From assembly GCA_964507055.1 (NCBI GenBank), contig CAZDOJ010000001.1, positions 337,313-401,312 of the forward strand: 64,000 bases of DNA. Direction: 5' to 3'. This DNA comes from an uncultured Gammaproteobacteria bacterium (GTDB taxonomy: Bacteria; Patescibacteriota; Microgenomatia; Levybacterales; UBA12049). The notes below the pieces were generated by a model. It made no database searches, had not been told where the DNA came from, and worked only from the letters and a program-made list of their open reading frames with translations. The position numbers and the translations under genes are program-made. Each line of letters opens with the position of its first letter. Within the stretch, counting starts at the first letter, position 1. Below are positions 28,984-37,906 of the stretch, one piece after another.

Positions 28984-29081
28984 AATTATCCACGCATTGC
29001 TTGGACAAGCTACATTTTACTAAAAATATAACAGAAAAGCCACATCAAGCAGGACTTTAACTACTTTGTTATAATTTCGTC

Positions 29082-29654
29082 ATGAAGACTATAGATAAAC
29101 GAAGATGTGCTTGGGCTGAAGGTGACCCACTAAATGCTTTCTACCATGATCTTGAATGGGGAGTTCCTGTCCATGATGATCGATTACTTTTTGAAATGCT
29201 CATTCTTGAAGGGGCACAAGCTGGACTTTCATGGACTACTATCTTAAAGAAGAGAGAAACATATCGAAAAGCATTTGATTCATTTGATGCAAAGAAAATT
29301 GCAACGTATGATGATCAGAAAGTTGCTTCTTTATTATTGGATAGCGGCATAATCCGCAATAGATTAAAAATCGCAGCTACTATTAAAATTGCACAAGGTT
29401 TTCTGAAGGTTAAGGAAGAATTTGGAAGTTTTGATACATATCTATGGCAATTTGTTGATGGCAAACCGATTAAGAATTCTCTCAATAGTATGAGTGAATA
29501 TCAGGTGAAGACGAAAGAATCTGAAGCGATGAGTAAAGATTTGCTTAAGCGTGGATTTAAGTTCGTCGGACCGACAATATGTTATGCATTTATGCAAGCA
29601 GTCGGTATGGTTAATGATCACCAAGTCACGTGTTTTCGCTACAACGAAGTCTAA
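29082..29654 (+). CDS. tag: DNA-3-methyladenine glycosylase I
   Basis: RCAWAEGDPLNAFYHDLEWGVP...EGAQAGLSW...GPTICYAFMQAVGMVNDH is a full-length Tag signature. Confidence 0.9.
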   Translation: MKTIDKRRCAWAEGDPLNAFYHDLEWGVPVHDDRLLFEMLILEGAQAGLSWTTILKKRETYRKAFDSFDAKKIATYDDQKVASLLLDSGIIRNRLKIAATIKIAQGFLKVKEEFGSFDTYLWQFVDGKPIKNSLNSMSEYQVKTKESEAMSKDLLKRGFKFVGPTICYAFMQAVGMVNDHQVTCFRYNEV

Positions 29655-29720
29655 AATTGACCGAGCAATTTAAGGCTAATTTTTCCTAAAGACGAGCTAT
29701 TTCTGCTGAGAAATGATACA

Positions 29721-30419
29721 ATGCCTCACATGGCAAGTTTTAATAGAGATAATCAATCAGGCGGAAATAGAAATTTTGGCAAACCACGATTCAATAATAA
29801 TCGCTCAGAACGTCCAGAACTTTTCAAAACTACATGTGCAAGTTGCGGTAATACGTGTGAAGTTCCATTTAGACCAACAGGAAGCAAGCCTGTCTATTGT
29901 CGTGATTGTTTCAAGAATCAACCAGCTGATGCTTCACGTCGATCCGATTCACGAAGTTTTGATAGACCACAGCAAGGAGATCGCCAGATGTTTGATGCAG
30001 TATGCTCAAACTGTGGTAATGCATGTCAGATCCCATTCCGTCCATCACAAGGTCGAGATGTTTTCTGTTCACGATGCTTTGATATGAACAATGGTGAAAC
30101 ACACAGACCAAGCCGTTCAAATGATCGTCCATCTTTTAAACGTGATGAAAACCAAGGCAGATCAAACGATGCCCCAAACTACAAAGCACAATTTGAAGCC
30201 TTAAATGCAAAAATGGATAAAATTCTAGAATTACTTACTCCAGCACAAGTTGCGACAGAACCATTAGAATCTATCCTCGAAGAAGAAGTAATTGAGGAAG
30301 CAGTTGCTGAAGCTTTGGCAAAACCAGAAGAAAAGAAGCCAAAGAAAAAAACAGCATCAAAGACTCCAGCAAAAGAAAAACCAGATACAAAGAAAAAATC
30401 TACTTCAAAAAAGAAATAA
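29721..30419 (+). CDS. basic protein with two tandem zinc-ribbon motifs and low-complexity R/G/N-rich and K/E-rich tails; putative nucleic-acid-binding protein
   Basis: Two copies of C-x2-C-x14-C-x2-C-F, each containing VPFRP/IPFRP: CASCGNTCEVPFRPTGSKPVYCRDCF and CSNCGNACQIPFRPSQGRDVFCSRCF. The protein ends in a K-rich tail. Confidence 0.5.
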   Translation: MPHMASFNRDNQSGGNRNFGKPRFNNNRSERPELFKTTCASCGNTCEVPFRPTGSKPVYCRDCFKNQPADASRRSDSRSFDRPQQGDRQMFDAVCSNCGNACQIPFRPSQGRDVFCSRCFDMNNGETHRPSRSNDRPSFKRDENQGRSNDAPNYKAQFEALNAKMDKILELLTPAQVATEPLESILEEEVIEEAVAEALAKPEEKKPKKKTASKTPAKEKPDTKKKSTSKKK

Positions 30420-30443
30420 GCTTTACGTAAATATATTGCACCC

Positions 30444-30974
30444 ATGGGATTTAAGAAAACAATTGGTAAATATCTTGCAAAGAAAAATCGTTTGGGAAAA
30501 GCTGATGCAATAGTTGTAGTCAGTGGAGGTTCAAAGCGTATCCATCACGCGATCAATCTTTATCAAAAAGAATACGCTCCTTTTCTTATTCTTTCTGGAG
30601 CTTCGGCAAAGAGTCCTGTTTCCGATGCGATGCGTATGAAACAACTTGCAAATGTTAAAGGAATCCCAAACAAAAAAATATTGCTTGAAGAAAAAGCTAC
30701 TAATACTTTAGAAAATGCTTTATTTGTTAAAAAAATTGTTACCAAACATAAGTTTAAAAATATTATTTTGGTAACATCTCCCTATCATCAACGAAGAGTA
30801 TATAAAACATTCAAAAAAGTCTTTGAGGGAAAGACCATCATATTACAGAATGCACCATCCATATTTTCACCATGGCAATATTACAATTGGTGGAAACTTG
30901 ACCGCGGCATTTCCCTCATGATAAGTGAATTATCCAAACTACTGATGATAAAAGTATTTAAACGCTACAAATAA
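30444..30974 (+). CDS. DUF218 (YdcF/ElyC/SanA-like) domain protein
   Basis: AIVVVSGG, ILSGAS and ILVTSPYHQRR are the DUF218 signature blocks. Confidence 0.75.
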   Translation: MGFKKTIGKYLAKKNRLGKADAIVVVSGGSKRIHHAINLYQKEYAPFLILSGASAKSPVSDAMRMKQLANVKGIPNKKILLEEKATNTLENALFVKKIVTKHKFKNIILVTSPYHQRRVYKTFKKVFEGKTIILQNAPSIFSPWQYYNWWKLDRGISLMISELSKLLMIKVFKRYK

Positions 30975-30976
30975 TA

Positions 30977-31378
30977 CTATTGATTATCAACGCTTTGAGA
31001 AACTTCTACTTTATCAGTAGGTTTACCAATAAGTAATAATTTTACGATCCCATAAGCAACAATCGCATACACAGCCATTGCTACAAAAGTTGACCATTCG
31101 ATCACACTGCCTTGTGTAGCTGTAATGCCAAAAATTCCTGCAAATGGTTGTGCAAATGGTTCGCTTAAACCGTAAACAAAACTCACAAAGTCACTTGATG
31201 GATTTGCTCCGAGTAACTTAAATACGATCCTGAAGGCTAAAAGCACTTCAATCACACCAAGGATATACCAAACTACTTGATGAACACGAAAAATTGCTTT
31301 TTTCTGTTGGTATGCTTTTTGTGATGGGTCTGTACTGCCTGTTTGCACTATTTTTTCTCTTACTTCAACTTGCTCCAT
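30977..31378 (-). CDS. YggT-like small integral membrane protein (paralog of 12082..12540)
   Basis: LLGANPSSDFVSFVYGLSEPFAQPF is paralogous to the 12082 product. The start at 31378 is preceded by a strong SD (GGGAGGTGA), which is rare in this window. Confidence 0.5.
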   Translation of the reverse strand: MEQVEVREKIVQTGSTDPSQKAYQQKKAIFRVHQVVWYILGVIEVLLAFRIVFKLLGANPSSDFVSFVYGLSEPFAQPFAGIFGITATQGSVIEWSTFVAMAVYAIVAYGIVKLLLIGKPTDKVEVSQSVDNQ

Positions 31379-31527
31379 ATAATCACCTCCCTTCTCTATG
31401 GTTGAGTATAGTCGTTGATAATAATAACTTAGTAATAAATATGGTATTAAGCAGATCAATTATTTTATTAACTAGACGAAGATCATTCATTTTTTGTATA
31501 CTAATTATATGTGCTAAGCACGCTACT

Positions 31528-34083
31528 ATGAAATCTGTCCAACTTTCTCTCCTCTTTAAAAGTATTGTTTTTACGCTCATTGCATTAGTATGGTTAACAC
31601 AAATGAATCCTGTCTACGCGGCCGATCCTGAGCTTGTGGGTGGAAGTTCTGTAAGTGGCTCAAGCGGGGTTGCGACACCTATAACCGACCTTCAAGTGTC
31701 AGGAACTGGAAATCCTACTGTTCCAGTGAAGCTTCGAGTGAGCAGCGGAACTCTTTCTATGTCGATAACAACAGGTTTGACATTTACAGGTGGATCTACG
31801 GGTTCAACATTACAATTTAGCGGTTCCAAAGATAACGTAAATGCTGCTCTGGCGACATTAACCTACACACGATCTGGTGCTGGGAGTGATACATTGGAAG
31901 CATCATTGGTGAATGCGGGAGAAGTATTTTTCTCAGACAATGGACATCTTTATGAATATGTTTCTTTTACTGCGACTTGGACCAATGCTAATACCAACGC
32001 ACAGGGCAGAACAAAATATGGAGCAACTGGGTATTTAACGACAATTACTTCACAAGCTGAGAATGATTTCGTCGCAGCCCGTCTTTTGAATGCAGGTTGG
32101 ATGGGAGCAAGTGATTCATCTCTCGAGGGTGATTGGAAATGGGTAACCGGCCCTGAATCTGGAATATCGTTCTGGTCAGGATTATCGGGTGGATCTGCAG
32201 TTTCTGGTAGATACGCAAATTGGGGCACGGGTGAACCAAATAATGCGGGTGATGAAGATTGTGCCCAATTTCTTACCGGTGGTACTGGAAAATGGAATGA
32301 TCTTCCATGTAGCACAACAACTTTGCCAGGATATGTCGTCGAATATGGTAGTAGTACGCCATTGGATGTCTCCTCGAAAAATGTTTCCATCACAACTGTC
32401 GTTAATCCAACAGCAAGTAGTTTTACTCCAGCTGATAATGCAACCAATGTCACAGCAAATGCAAATTTAGTAATTGTCTTTAGTACATCCATCACAAAAG
32501 GTACTGGAAGTATACTTTTGAAAAAAACATCAGATGATTCGACTGTTGAAACGATTGATGTCACAAGTAGTCAAGTTACTGGTGGAGGAACTGCGACAAT
32601 AACAATTAATCCCAATATGACATTTGATGAAAACACTGGATATTACGTCACAATTCCTGGCACAACTTTTCGAGATGGTTCAAGTAATTACTATGCTGGA
32701 ATTTCCACCAAAACGACGTGGAATTTTACAACCGGTGATTTCACATCTCCATCATTAAGTTCTGTCACAGCATCTTCAATTGGTGATACAACAACAACTA
32801 TTACCTGGACTACCAATGAGAATGCTTCGACAAGAATTTCCTATGGTTTGACTGACGCATATGGTACGACTACATCCGAGACTGATACATCACCTCGTGT
32901 AACCGCACATACAGTTGTACGAACTGGCTTACTTGCTTGTACAACCTATCATTACTCTGTCTATTCACGCGACGCCTCTTCAAATACCTCGACCTCAGAA
33001 GACAAAACATTTACAACAACTGGTTGCCAATCCAATACTCCTCCTGTGAATGCAACTTCAAGTGCTGTTACTGTAAGCTCTGGAGGGACGACTACTTTGA
33101 CTGAAGGCACAAATCAAATCAGTGTTGAAACTCCAAGTAACTTTACTAATACAGCATCAACAGTTGTCATTCAGGTAAAGGCTTTAGAAGATACGCCAAT
33201 ACTAAATACACTTGGTCGACCAGCAGATGTGCCAAATGAAGTGGGCAATATTGTCTTTGATGTCAAAGCAATTATTAATGGGACAACAGTTCTAGATAAT
33301 TTTAATGCCCCTGTCACAATTACCTACCAATATACTGACGCAGATGTTGCGGGACTCGATGAATCTACTTTTTGGCTTTATCACTATCACAATGGTGCTT
33401 GGACACCGCTTAACTCATGCAACATAACCACAGCCACTAATACGATTTCGTGTACAACGCAAAGCTTCTCTATTTTCGGATTGTTTGGAAGGCAAAAAGC
33501 ATATGCCTCAGAAGTAAAAAATCCATCATGCACTATTACCAAACCCGATCATGCACCTGATCTTTTCCAAATTGATACTTCAAAGAATAAAGCGACATTG
33601 CACTTTACACCACTGATGGATAATGTTACCAATTATTTTGTGGCGTATGGATATTCTGCTGGAGACGAACGATTTGGAGTTCTTACCCAACAAGGACCTT
33701 CGACAGGTGTACTGTCATATACAATTAATGATCTCTCTCCCAATACGACATACTATTTCAAAGTGCGAGCACAAAACGATTGCATGCCAGGAGATTGGGG
33801 AAATACGATGTCTGTCAAAACGACCAATGGATCAACAGTTAAAAATTATAAAAATTTCGTGGCTCGTGTAATGAGTTATACACCACGACAAACAACAACA
33901 GTTACCAATGCTAAAACAACTTCAAATAAAACGTGTGAATATACAGTGAAGAGTGGTGATTCTCTTTGGAATATTTCACAATCCAAATTAGGATCTGGTG
34001 CAAAATATACAGAAATTATGAAATCAAATAACCTTTCTTCTCCATCACTCAATGTTGGACAAAAATTAAAAGTCGGTTGCTAA
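31528..34083 (+). CDS. secreted multidomain surface protein: signal peptide, C-type lectin-like domain, Ig-like (Big_5/SbsA-type) domain, two FN3-like domains, C-terminal LysM
   Basis: Signal peptide MKSVQLSLLFKSIVFTLIALVWLTQMNPVYA. The CTLD at about 31942..32346 has WMGASD...GDWKWVTG...YANWGTGEPNN...EDCAQ...KWNDLPC...GYVVEY. The LysM at about 33940..34077 (YTVKSGDSLWNISQ...GQKLKV) is flanked by Cys residues. Confidence 0.7.
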   Translation: MKSVQLSLLFKSIVFTLIALVWLTQMNPVYAADPELVGGSSVSGSSGVATPITDLQVSGTGNPTVPVKLRVSSGTLSMSITTGLTFTGGSTGSTLQFSGSKDNVNAALATLTYTRSGAGSDTLEASLVNAGEVFFSDNGHLYEYVSFTATWTNANTNAQGRTKYGATGYLTTITSQAENDFVAARLLNAGWMGASDSSLEGDWKWVTGPESGISFWSGLSGGSAVSGRYANWGTGEPNNAGDEDCAQFLTGGTGKWNDLPCSTTTLPGYVVEYGSSTPLDVSSKNVSITTVVNPTASSFTPADNATNVTANANLVIVFSTSITKGTGSILLKKTSDDSTVETIDVTSSQVTGGGTATITINPNMTFDENTGYYVTIPGTTFRDGSSNYYAGISTKTTWNFTTGDFTSPSLSSVTASSIGDTTTTITWTTNENASTRISYGLTDAYGTTTSETDTSPRVTAHTVVRTGLLACTTYHYSVYSRDASSNTSTSEDKTFTTTGCQSNTPPVNATSSAVTVSSGGTTTLTEGTNQISVETPSNFTNTASTVVIQVKALEDTPILNTLGRPADVPNEVGNIVFDVKAIINGTTVLDNFNAPVTITYQYTDADVAGLDESTFWLYHYHNGAWTPLNSCNITTATNTISCTTQSFSIFGLFGRQKAYASEVKNPSCTITKPDHAPDLFQIDTSKNKATLHFTPLMDNVTNYFVAYGYSAGDERFGVLTQQGPSTGVLSYTINDLSPNTTYYFKVRAQNDCMPGDWGNTMSVKTTNGSTVKNYKNFVARVMSYTPRQTTTVTNAKTTSNKTCEYTVKSGDSLWNISQSKLGSGAKYTEIMKSNNLSSPSLNVGQKLKVGC

Positions 34084-34116
34084 TTTTCAGTTAGTTTTCT
34101 TGATATAATAGGTTTC

Positions 34117-34845
34117 ATGGAAGATCATACAATTCGACTCAATAAATATCTTGCCAATCTCGGTATCTGTGCAAGACGTGAAGTCAAACAACTGCTTAAA
34201 GAAAAAATAATTACCGTTAATGATGAGCGAGCTAAAGAACCAGGTATTCGCATTGATCCGCAGAAAGATGCTATACGAATTGATGGTAATAAAGTTAAAT
34301 CTCCTACATTAGTCTATTATGTACTTAACAAGCCAAAAGGAATTGTTTCGACAACAGCTGATGAATTTGGACGCAAAAATGTAACGACATTGGTTCCGAA
34401 AGATCAACGCGTCTATCCCGTAGGACGATTAGATAAAGACACCACAGGATTAATTATCCTTACCAATGATGGTGAATTAACTAATCTGCTTACCCATCCT
34501 CGGTATCATGTCGATAAAGTGTATAGGTTGGATATCGCAGGGCGATTGGATAAATTCCAACTCAAGGCATTGCGAGATGGAGTCCTTCTTGACGATGGTA
34601 TCACCTATCCAGCAGAGGTTAAAATAATAAGTGAATCAAATGGAAAATCGATTGTAGAAATGAAGATTCATGAAGGACGAAATCGGCAAATTAGAAGAAT
34701 GTGTGAGACTGTCGGAGCGACTTTAACTGCATTGCAGCGAGTTCGGTTTGGGCCAATTGCCTTGAGTGGACTCAAAGAAGGTACCTATCGAGATCTTACC
34801 AAAAAGGAAATTGATTCACTTAAAAGTGTTGCACAAAAGGTATAA
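34117..34845 (+). CDS. rRNA pseudouridine synthase (RsuA/RluB/RluF family)
   Basis: The N-terminal S4 domain (RLNKYLANLGICARREVKQLLKE) and the catalytic VGRLDKDTTGLIILTNDGE block. Confidence 0.85.
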   Translation: MEDHTIRLNKYLANLGICARREVKQLLKEKIITVNDERAKEPGIRIDPQKDAIRIDGNKVKSPTLVYYVLNKPKGIVSTTADEFGRKNVTTLVPKDQRVYPVGRLDKDTTGLIILTNDGELTNLLTHPRYHVDKVYRLDIAGRLDKFQLKALRDGVLLDDGITYPAEVKIISESNGKSIVEMKIHEGRNRQIRRMCETVGATLTALQRVRFGPIALSGLKEGTYRDLTKKEIDSLKSVAQKV

Positions 34846-34894
34846 ATTACCGCTTGCACCAATATTTCCTATAGGCTATAATTTATTTATTCCT

Positions 34895-37237
34895 ATGCAA
34901 ATATTTAAGAAACTATTTTTACTATTCATTTTTTCATTTTTGCTTATCGCACAAACAAATGTCGCTCAGGCACAAGTCGCTTCAACACGCCTTGGGGGCA
35001 TGAATCTCGAAGGATATTGCCGCAGTCTGAATCAAGGTGGATCAACTTTAAACGGTAATACATGGCAATGTGAATCAGGTTCAACAATTAATTTGGATGC
35101 TGCATGTCGATGGCAATATAATAACGCTACATCAGTTGCACGACAAGAAGTTACAAATAATCCGTATACGTGGGCATGTTATACAGCAGGATCGACACCA
35201 ACTCCTACAATTTCTCCAACTCAAGCACCTACGCCAACACAAATTGTCTCGACACCAACTCGAGCAGCAAGTCCTACTCCGACGAGAATGGTTACTCCGA
35301 CTCCGTTGCCCACAACGGGAACACTTGTTATCTTTGATGATGCTCTGGCATCAGGATGGACAGATGCTTCTTATCGAGCAACTAATACTATCGTGACAAC
35401 TCCAGTTGGCAATGGCACTCGATCTATTTCATCTGTATTGCAATCCGATGGCGGATTTAATCTGCAATCAATCAGTGGCATCCAAACAACAAATAATACG
35501 GTTTTACATTTTATGCTTCGAGCATCTGCAGCAAATCAGCGTTATGAAGTCTATGTAGATACTGTATATGGACAACCTTTGCGTGCACCAGTTTCTCTCG
35601 CAAATTATGGGGGCCAACCAACAACAACAGCATGGCGAACCTATGATATCCCTTTAAGTGATTTAGGCGGTGGAAATGTTTCGCTGCGTGACATCGCAAT
35701 CCATGATGAATCAGGTACTAACCAGCAGGCAGTTTTTATCGACCAAGTAGAACTTCGATTGATTAATGTTTCCGTCACTCCGACGTTATCACCAACTGTA
35801 ATTCCAACTATCTCAGTTACCCCGACTCCAACAAGAACAATTACGCCTACACCCACTGCGACTCCAGCTGCAGGAGCAACTGTAACAGTATTTGCAGATG
35901 CACTCGCAAATGGATGGACAGATGCGTCATATGCAACAACAAATACAATTGTTACAAATCCAGTTGGAAGCGGAACAAATGCTATTGCTTCAACAATTAA
36001 TCGAGATGGTGGCTTTGATCTGCAATCTGTGAATGGTGTACTAACTTCGAGTAATACAGTGTTGCACTTTATGCTCCGTGCATCAACAGCAAATCAACAA
36101 TATGAAGTGTATGCTGATACACAATACGGTCAGCCACTTCGTGCACCAGTTTCTCTCGCAAATTACGGTGGTCAACCTATAACAACTGCATGGCGAACCT
36201 ATGATATTCCATTGAGTGATTTAGGTGCGACCAATGTCTCTCTTCGTGACATCGTTATTCACGATGCTGTTGGTGCAAATCAAGGAGTCGTTTATATTGA
36301 TCAAATTGAGTTACGCTCAGTCAGTGGATCTGTAACACCAACCGCTATGCCAACAGTTGCAATAACCTCGACCCCATCTCCAACGCCGATTGCTAATACA
36401 GGAGTGAGAAAAAGTATTTATGCAATGACTCCGCAAGAAGTTACGCGACTAACAAATGCATTCAATACTATTCGTGCAAATGGTGTCTATCAGGATTTTA
36501 TGAATCGTCATATGCAATCGATGATGACATTGACCCAACCTAACGATCCTACGACACTTAGAAATGTTGCACATCGTGGACCATCATTCTTACCTTGGCA
36601 CCGTTCAATTACAAGAGAGTTTGAATTAGCTTTACAATCTGCAGATCCTTCGGTGACATTACCATATTGGCCATTTGAACAGGAGACTCCTGGGCAATTA
36701 CCACGGGTTTTCTCCGCAGCCTATTTTGGTGGTGATGGAAATCCTTCATTTGGAAATAGAGTTATCGATGGACCATTTGCGTCTTGGCAAATTACTCGTA
36801 TGGTTGGACGCGATCCCGAAGGGCAACCAACCGCTCCAACGCAAGCTAATGTAAATGCTCTGATGCAATATACAAACTACGATTCTGCTCCATATAATGA
36901 AACTTCAAGTGGTTTTAGAAATGGTATTGAAGGATGGATTGGAGCAAATGGACAGTGGAGTATGCATAATCGTATCCATGCATATGTCGGCGGGGATATG
37001 CTTCCTCGAGATGATATGAGTACTAATGTCGTTAATGATCCAATCTTTTGGCTCGTTCATGCAAATATTGATCGCATCTGGTGGCAATGGCAACAAACTC
37101 GTGGCATCAATAATTATCAACCAGTCAGTGGTGGGCCGACTGGACATAATTTAAATGATCGAATGCAGTTCCTCAATAGCAATACAACTCCTGCAAGTAA
37201 TTTGGATATCCGAACGATGGGATATTCCTATCAGTAA
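34895..37237 (+). CDS. secreted tyrosinase (type-3 copper polyphenol oxidase) with an N-terminal Cys-rich module, PT-rich linkers and two tandem copies of an unassigned ~148-aa domain
   Basis: Signal peptide MQIFKKLFLLFIFSFLLIAQTNVAQA. The CuA site HRGPSFLPWHRSITREFE fits the tyrosinase CuA pattern H-x4-F-L-x-W-H-R-x2-T-x3-E. The CuB site DPIFWLVHANID fits D-P-x-F-[W]-x2-H-x3-D, together with HNRIHAYVGG. Confidence 0.85.
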   Translation: MQIFKKLFLLFIFSFLLIAQTNVAQAQVASTRLGGMNLEGYCRSLNQGGSTLNGNTWQCESGSTINLDAACRWQYNNATSVARQEVTNNPYTWACYTAGSTPTPTISPTQAPTPTQIVSTPTRAASPTPTRMVTPTPLPTTGTLVIFDDALASGWTDASYRATNTIVTTPVGNGTRSISSVLQSDGGFNLQSISGIQTTNNTVLHFMLRASAANQRYEVYVDTVYGQPLRAPVSLANYGGQPTTTAWRTYDIPLSDLGGGNVSLRDIAIHDESGTNQQAVFIDQVELRLINVSVTPTLSPTVIPTISVTPTPTRTITPTPTATPAAGATVTVFADALANGWTDASYATTNTIVTNPVGSGTNAIASTINRDGGFDLQSVNGVLTSSNTVLHFMLRASTANQQYEVYADTQYGQPLRAPVSLANYGGQPITTAWRTYDIPLSDLGATNVSLRDIVIHDAVGANQGVVYIDQIELRSVSGSVTPTAMPTVAITSTPSPTPIANTGVRKSIYAMTPQEVTRLTNAFNTIRANGVYQDFMNRHMQSMMTLTQPNDPTTLRNVAHRGPSFLPWHRSITREFELALQSADPSVTLPYWPFEQETPGQLPRVFSAAYFGGDGNPSFGNRVIDGPFASWQITRMVGRDPEGQPTAPTQANVNALMQYTNYDSAPYNETSSGFRNGIEGWIGANGQWSMHNRIHAYVGGDMLPRDDMSTNVVNDPIFWLVHANIDRIWWQWQQTRGINNYQPVSGGPTGHNLNDRMQFLNSNTTPASNLDIRTMGYSYQ
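35324..36320 (+). repeat. intragenic tandem duplication (two ~440-bp units separated by a PT linker) inside the tyrosinase gene
   Basis: Unit 1 (35324..35765) and unit 2 (35878..36320) are about 80% identical at the DNA level. They share identical stretches such as cgtgcaccagtttctctcgcaaatta and gcatggcgaacctatgatat. Confidence 0.8.
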
Positions 37238-37257
37238 AAATACTTTATACTAATTGT

Positions 37258-37821
37258 ATGAATCGATATATTTTATTCGCCGTTGCTCTCATTGGATTAC
37301 TTATTCTTTCTCCACAACAAAGCTTTGCGGCATATTCTGCGTCAGATGGTGAGGTCAAGGGAACACTTGAAATTACACCAAAAGACCCACCGTATGCCGG
37401 GTTACCACTCAATTTAAAATTTCAATTTTCTGATACACCTCAAGGGTTTACGTTGCGAAATTGTAATTGCCAATTAAGCGTTGAAGAGCCAGGGCGACTT
37501 CCTTCAAATATCCCCTTAACATTGCAAAACGAATCAGGCCCTGATGTAAACTTTGTTTCTGTACCCTACCTTTTTCCAAGTAATGCCAACTATAAACTCG
37601 TCATGAATGCACAACCAAAGGAAACAAATGCATTCGTTCCATTTACTCTTTCTTGGGATGTCACAGTACAAGAGAATAAACATCTTGTTCCCTATACAAG
37701 TCATGAAGACAAGAATGATTTTCGTTATCTCGGTATAGCAATTCCAGTTGGTATCGCAGTACTTTTTATCCTTTTCTTAGCCTTCAGATACTTCAGAAAG
37801 CATCGGATTAAAAATAAATAA
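37258..37821 (+). CDS. secreted, C-terminally membrane-anchored protein of unknown function, cotranscribed downstream of the tyrosinase
   Basis: Signal peptide (MNRYILFAVALIGLLILSPQQSFA) and a C-terminal TM with a basic tail (RYFRKHRIKNK). The start is 20 bp after the tyrosinase stop. Confidence 0.45.
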   Translation: MNRYILFAVALIGLLILSPQQSFAAYSASDGEVKGTLEITPKDPPYAGLPLNLKFQFSDTPQGFTLRNCNCQLSVEEPGRLPSNIPLTLQNESGPDVNFVSVPYLFPSNANYKLVMNAQPKETNAFVPFTLSWDVTVQENKHLVPYTSHEDKNDFRYLGIAIPVGIAVLFILFLAFRYFRKHRIKNK

Positions 37822-37906
37822 TAGTTGTACGTCAGCTTACATCAATTGTTGTCGTTTGTATGTACATTTGTTATATTTGGTTCAAATGCGTAACATTATA
37901 CACACA

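Noticed and set aside
28879-29081. Genomic island integrated at tRNA-Gln
   Set aside because: There is no integrase, excisionase or visible duplicated tRNA 3' segment, and no obvious compositional shift. It is kept only as a low-interest hypothesis in the findings.
31294-31527. N-terminal 78-codon extension of the lectin/LysM ORF given in the ORF track (start MLFSVGMLF...)
   Set aside because: The extension overlaps the 3' part of the minus-strand YggT-like gene and encodes hydrophobic nonsense. A typical signal peptide begins at the in-frame ATG at 31528, so that was taken as the start.
35070-35396. Gln/Leu/His-rich ORF in another frame inside the tyrosinase gene
   Set aside because: It is embedded in a strongly supported long CDS. 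The composition reflects the repeated codons of the linker region.
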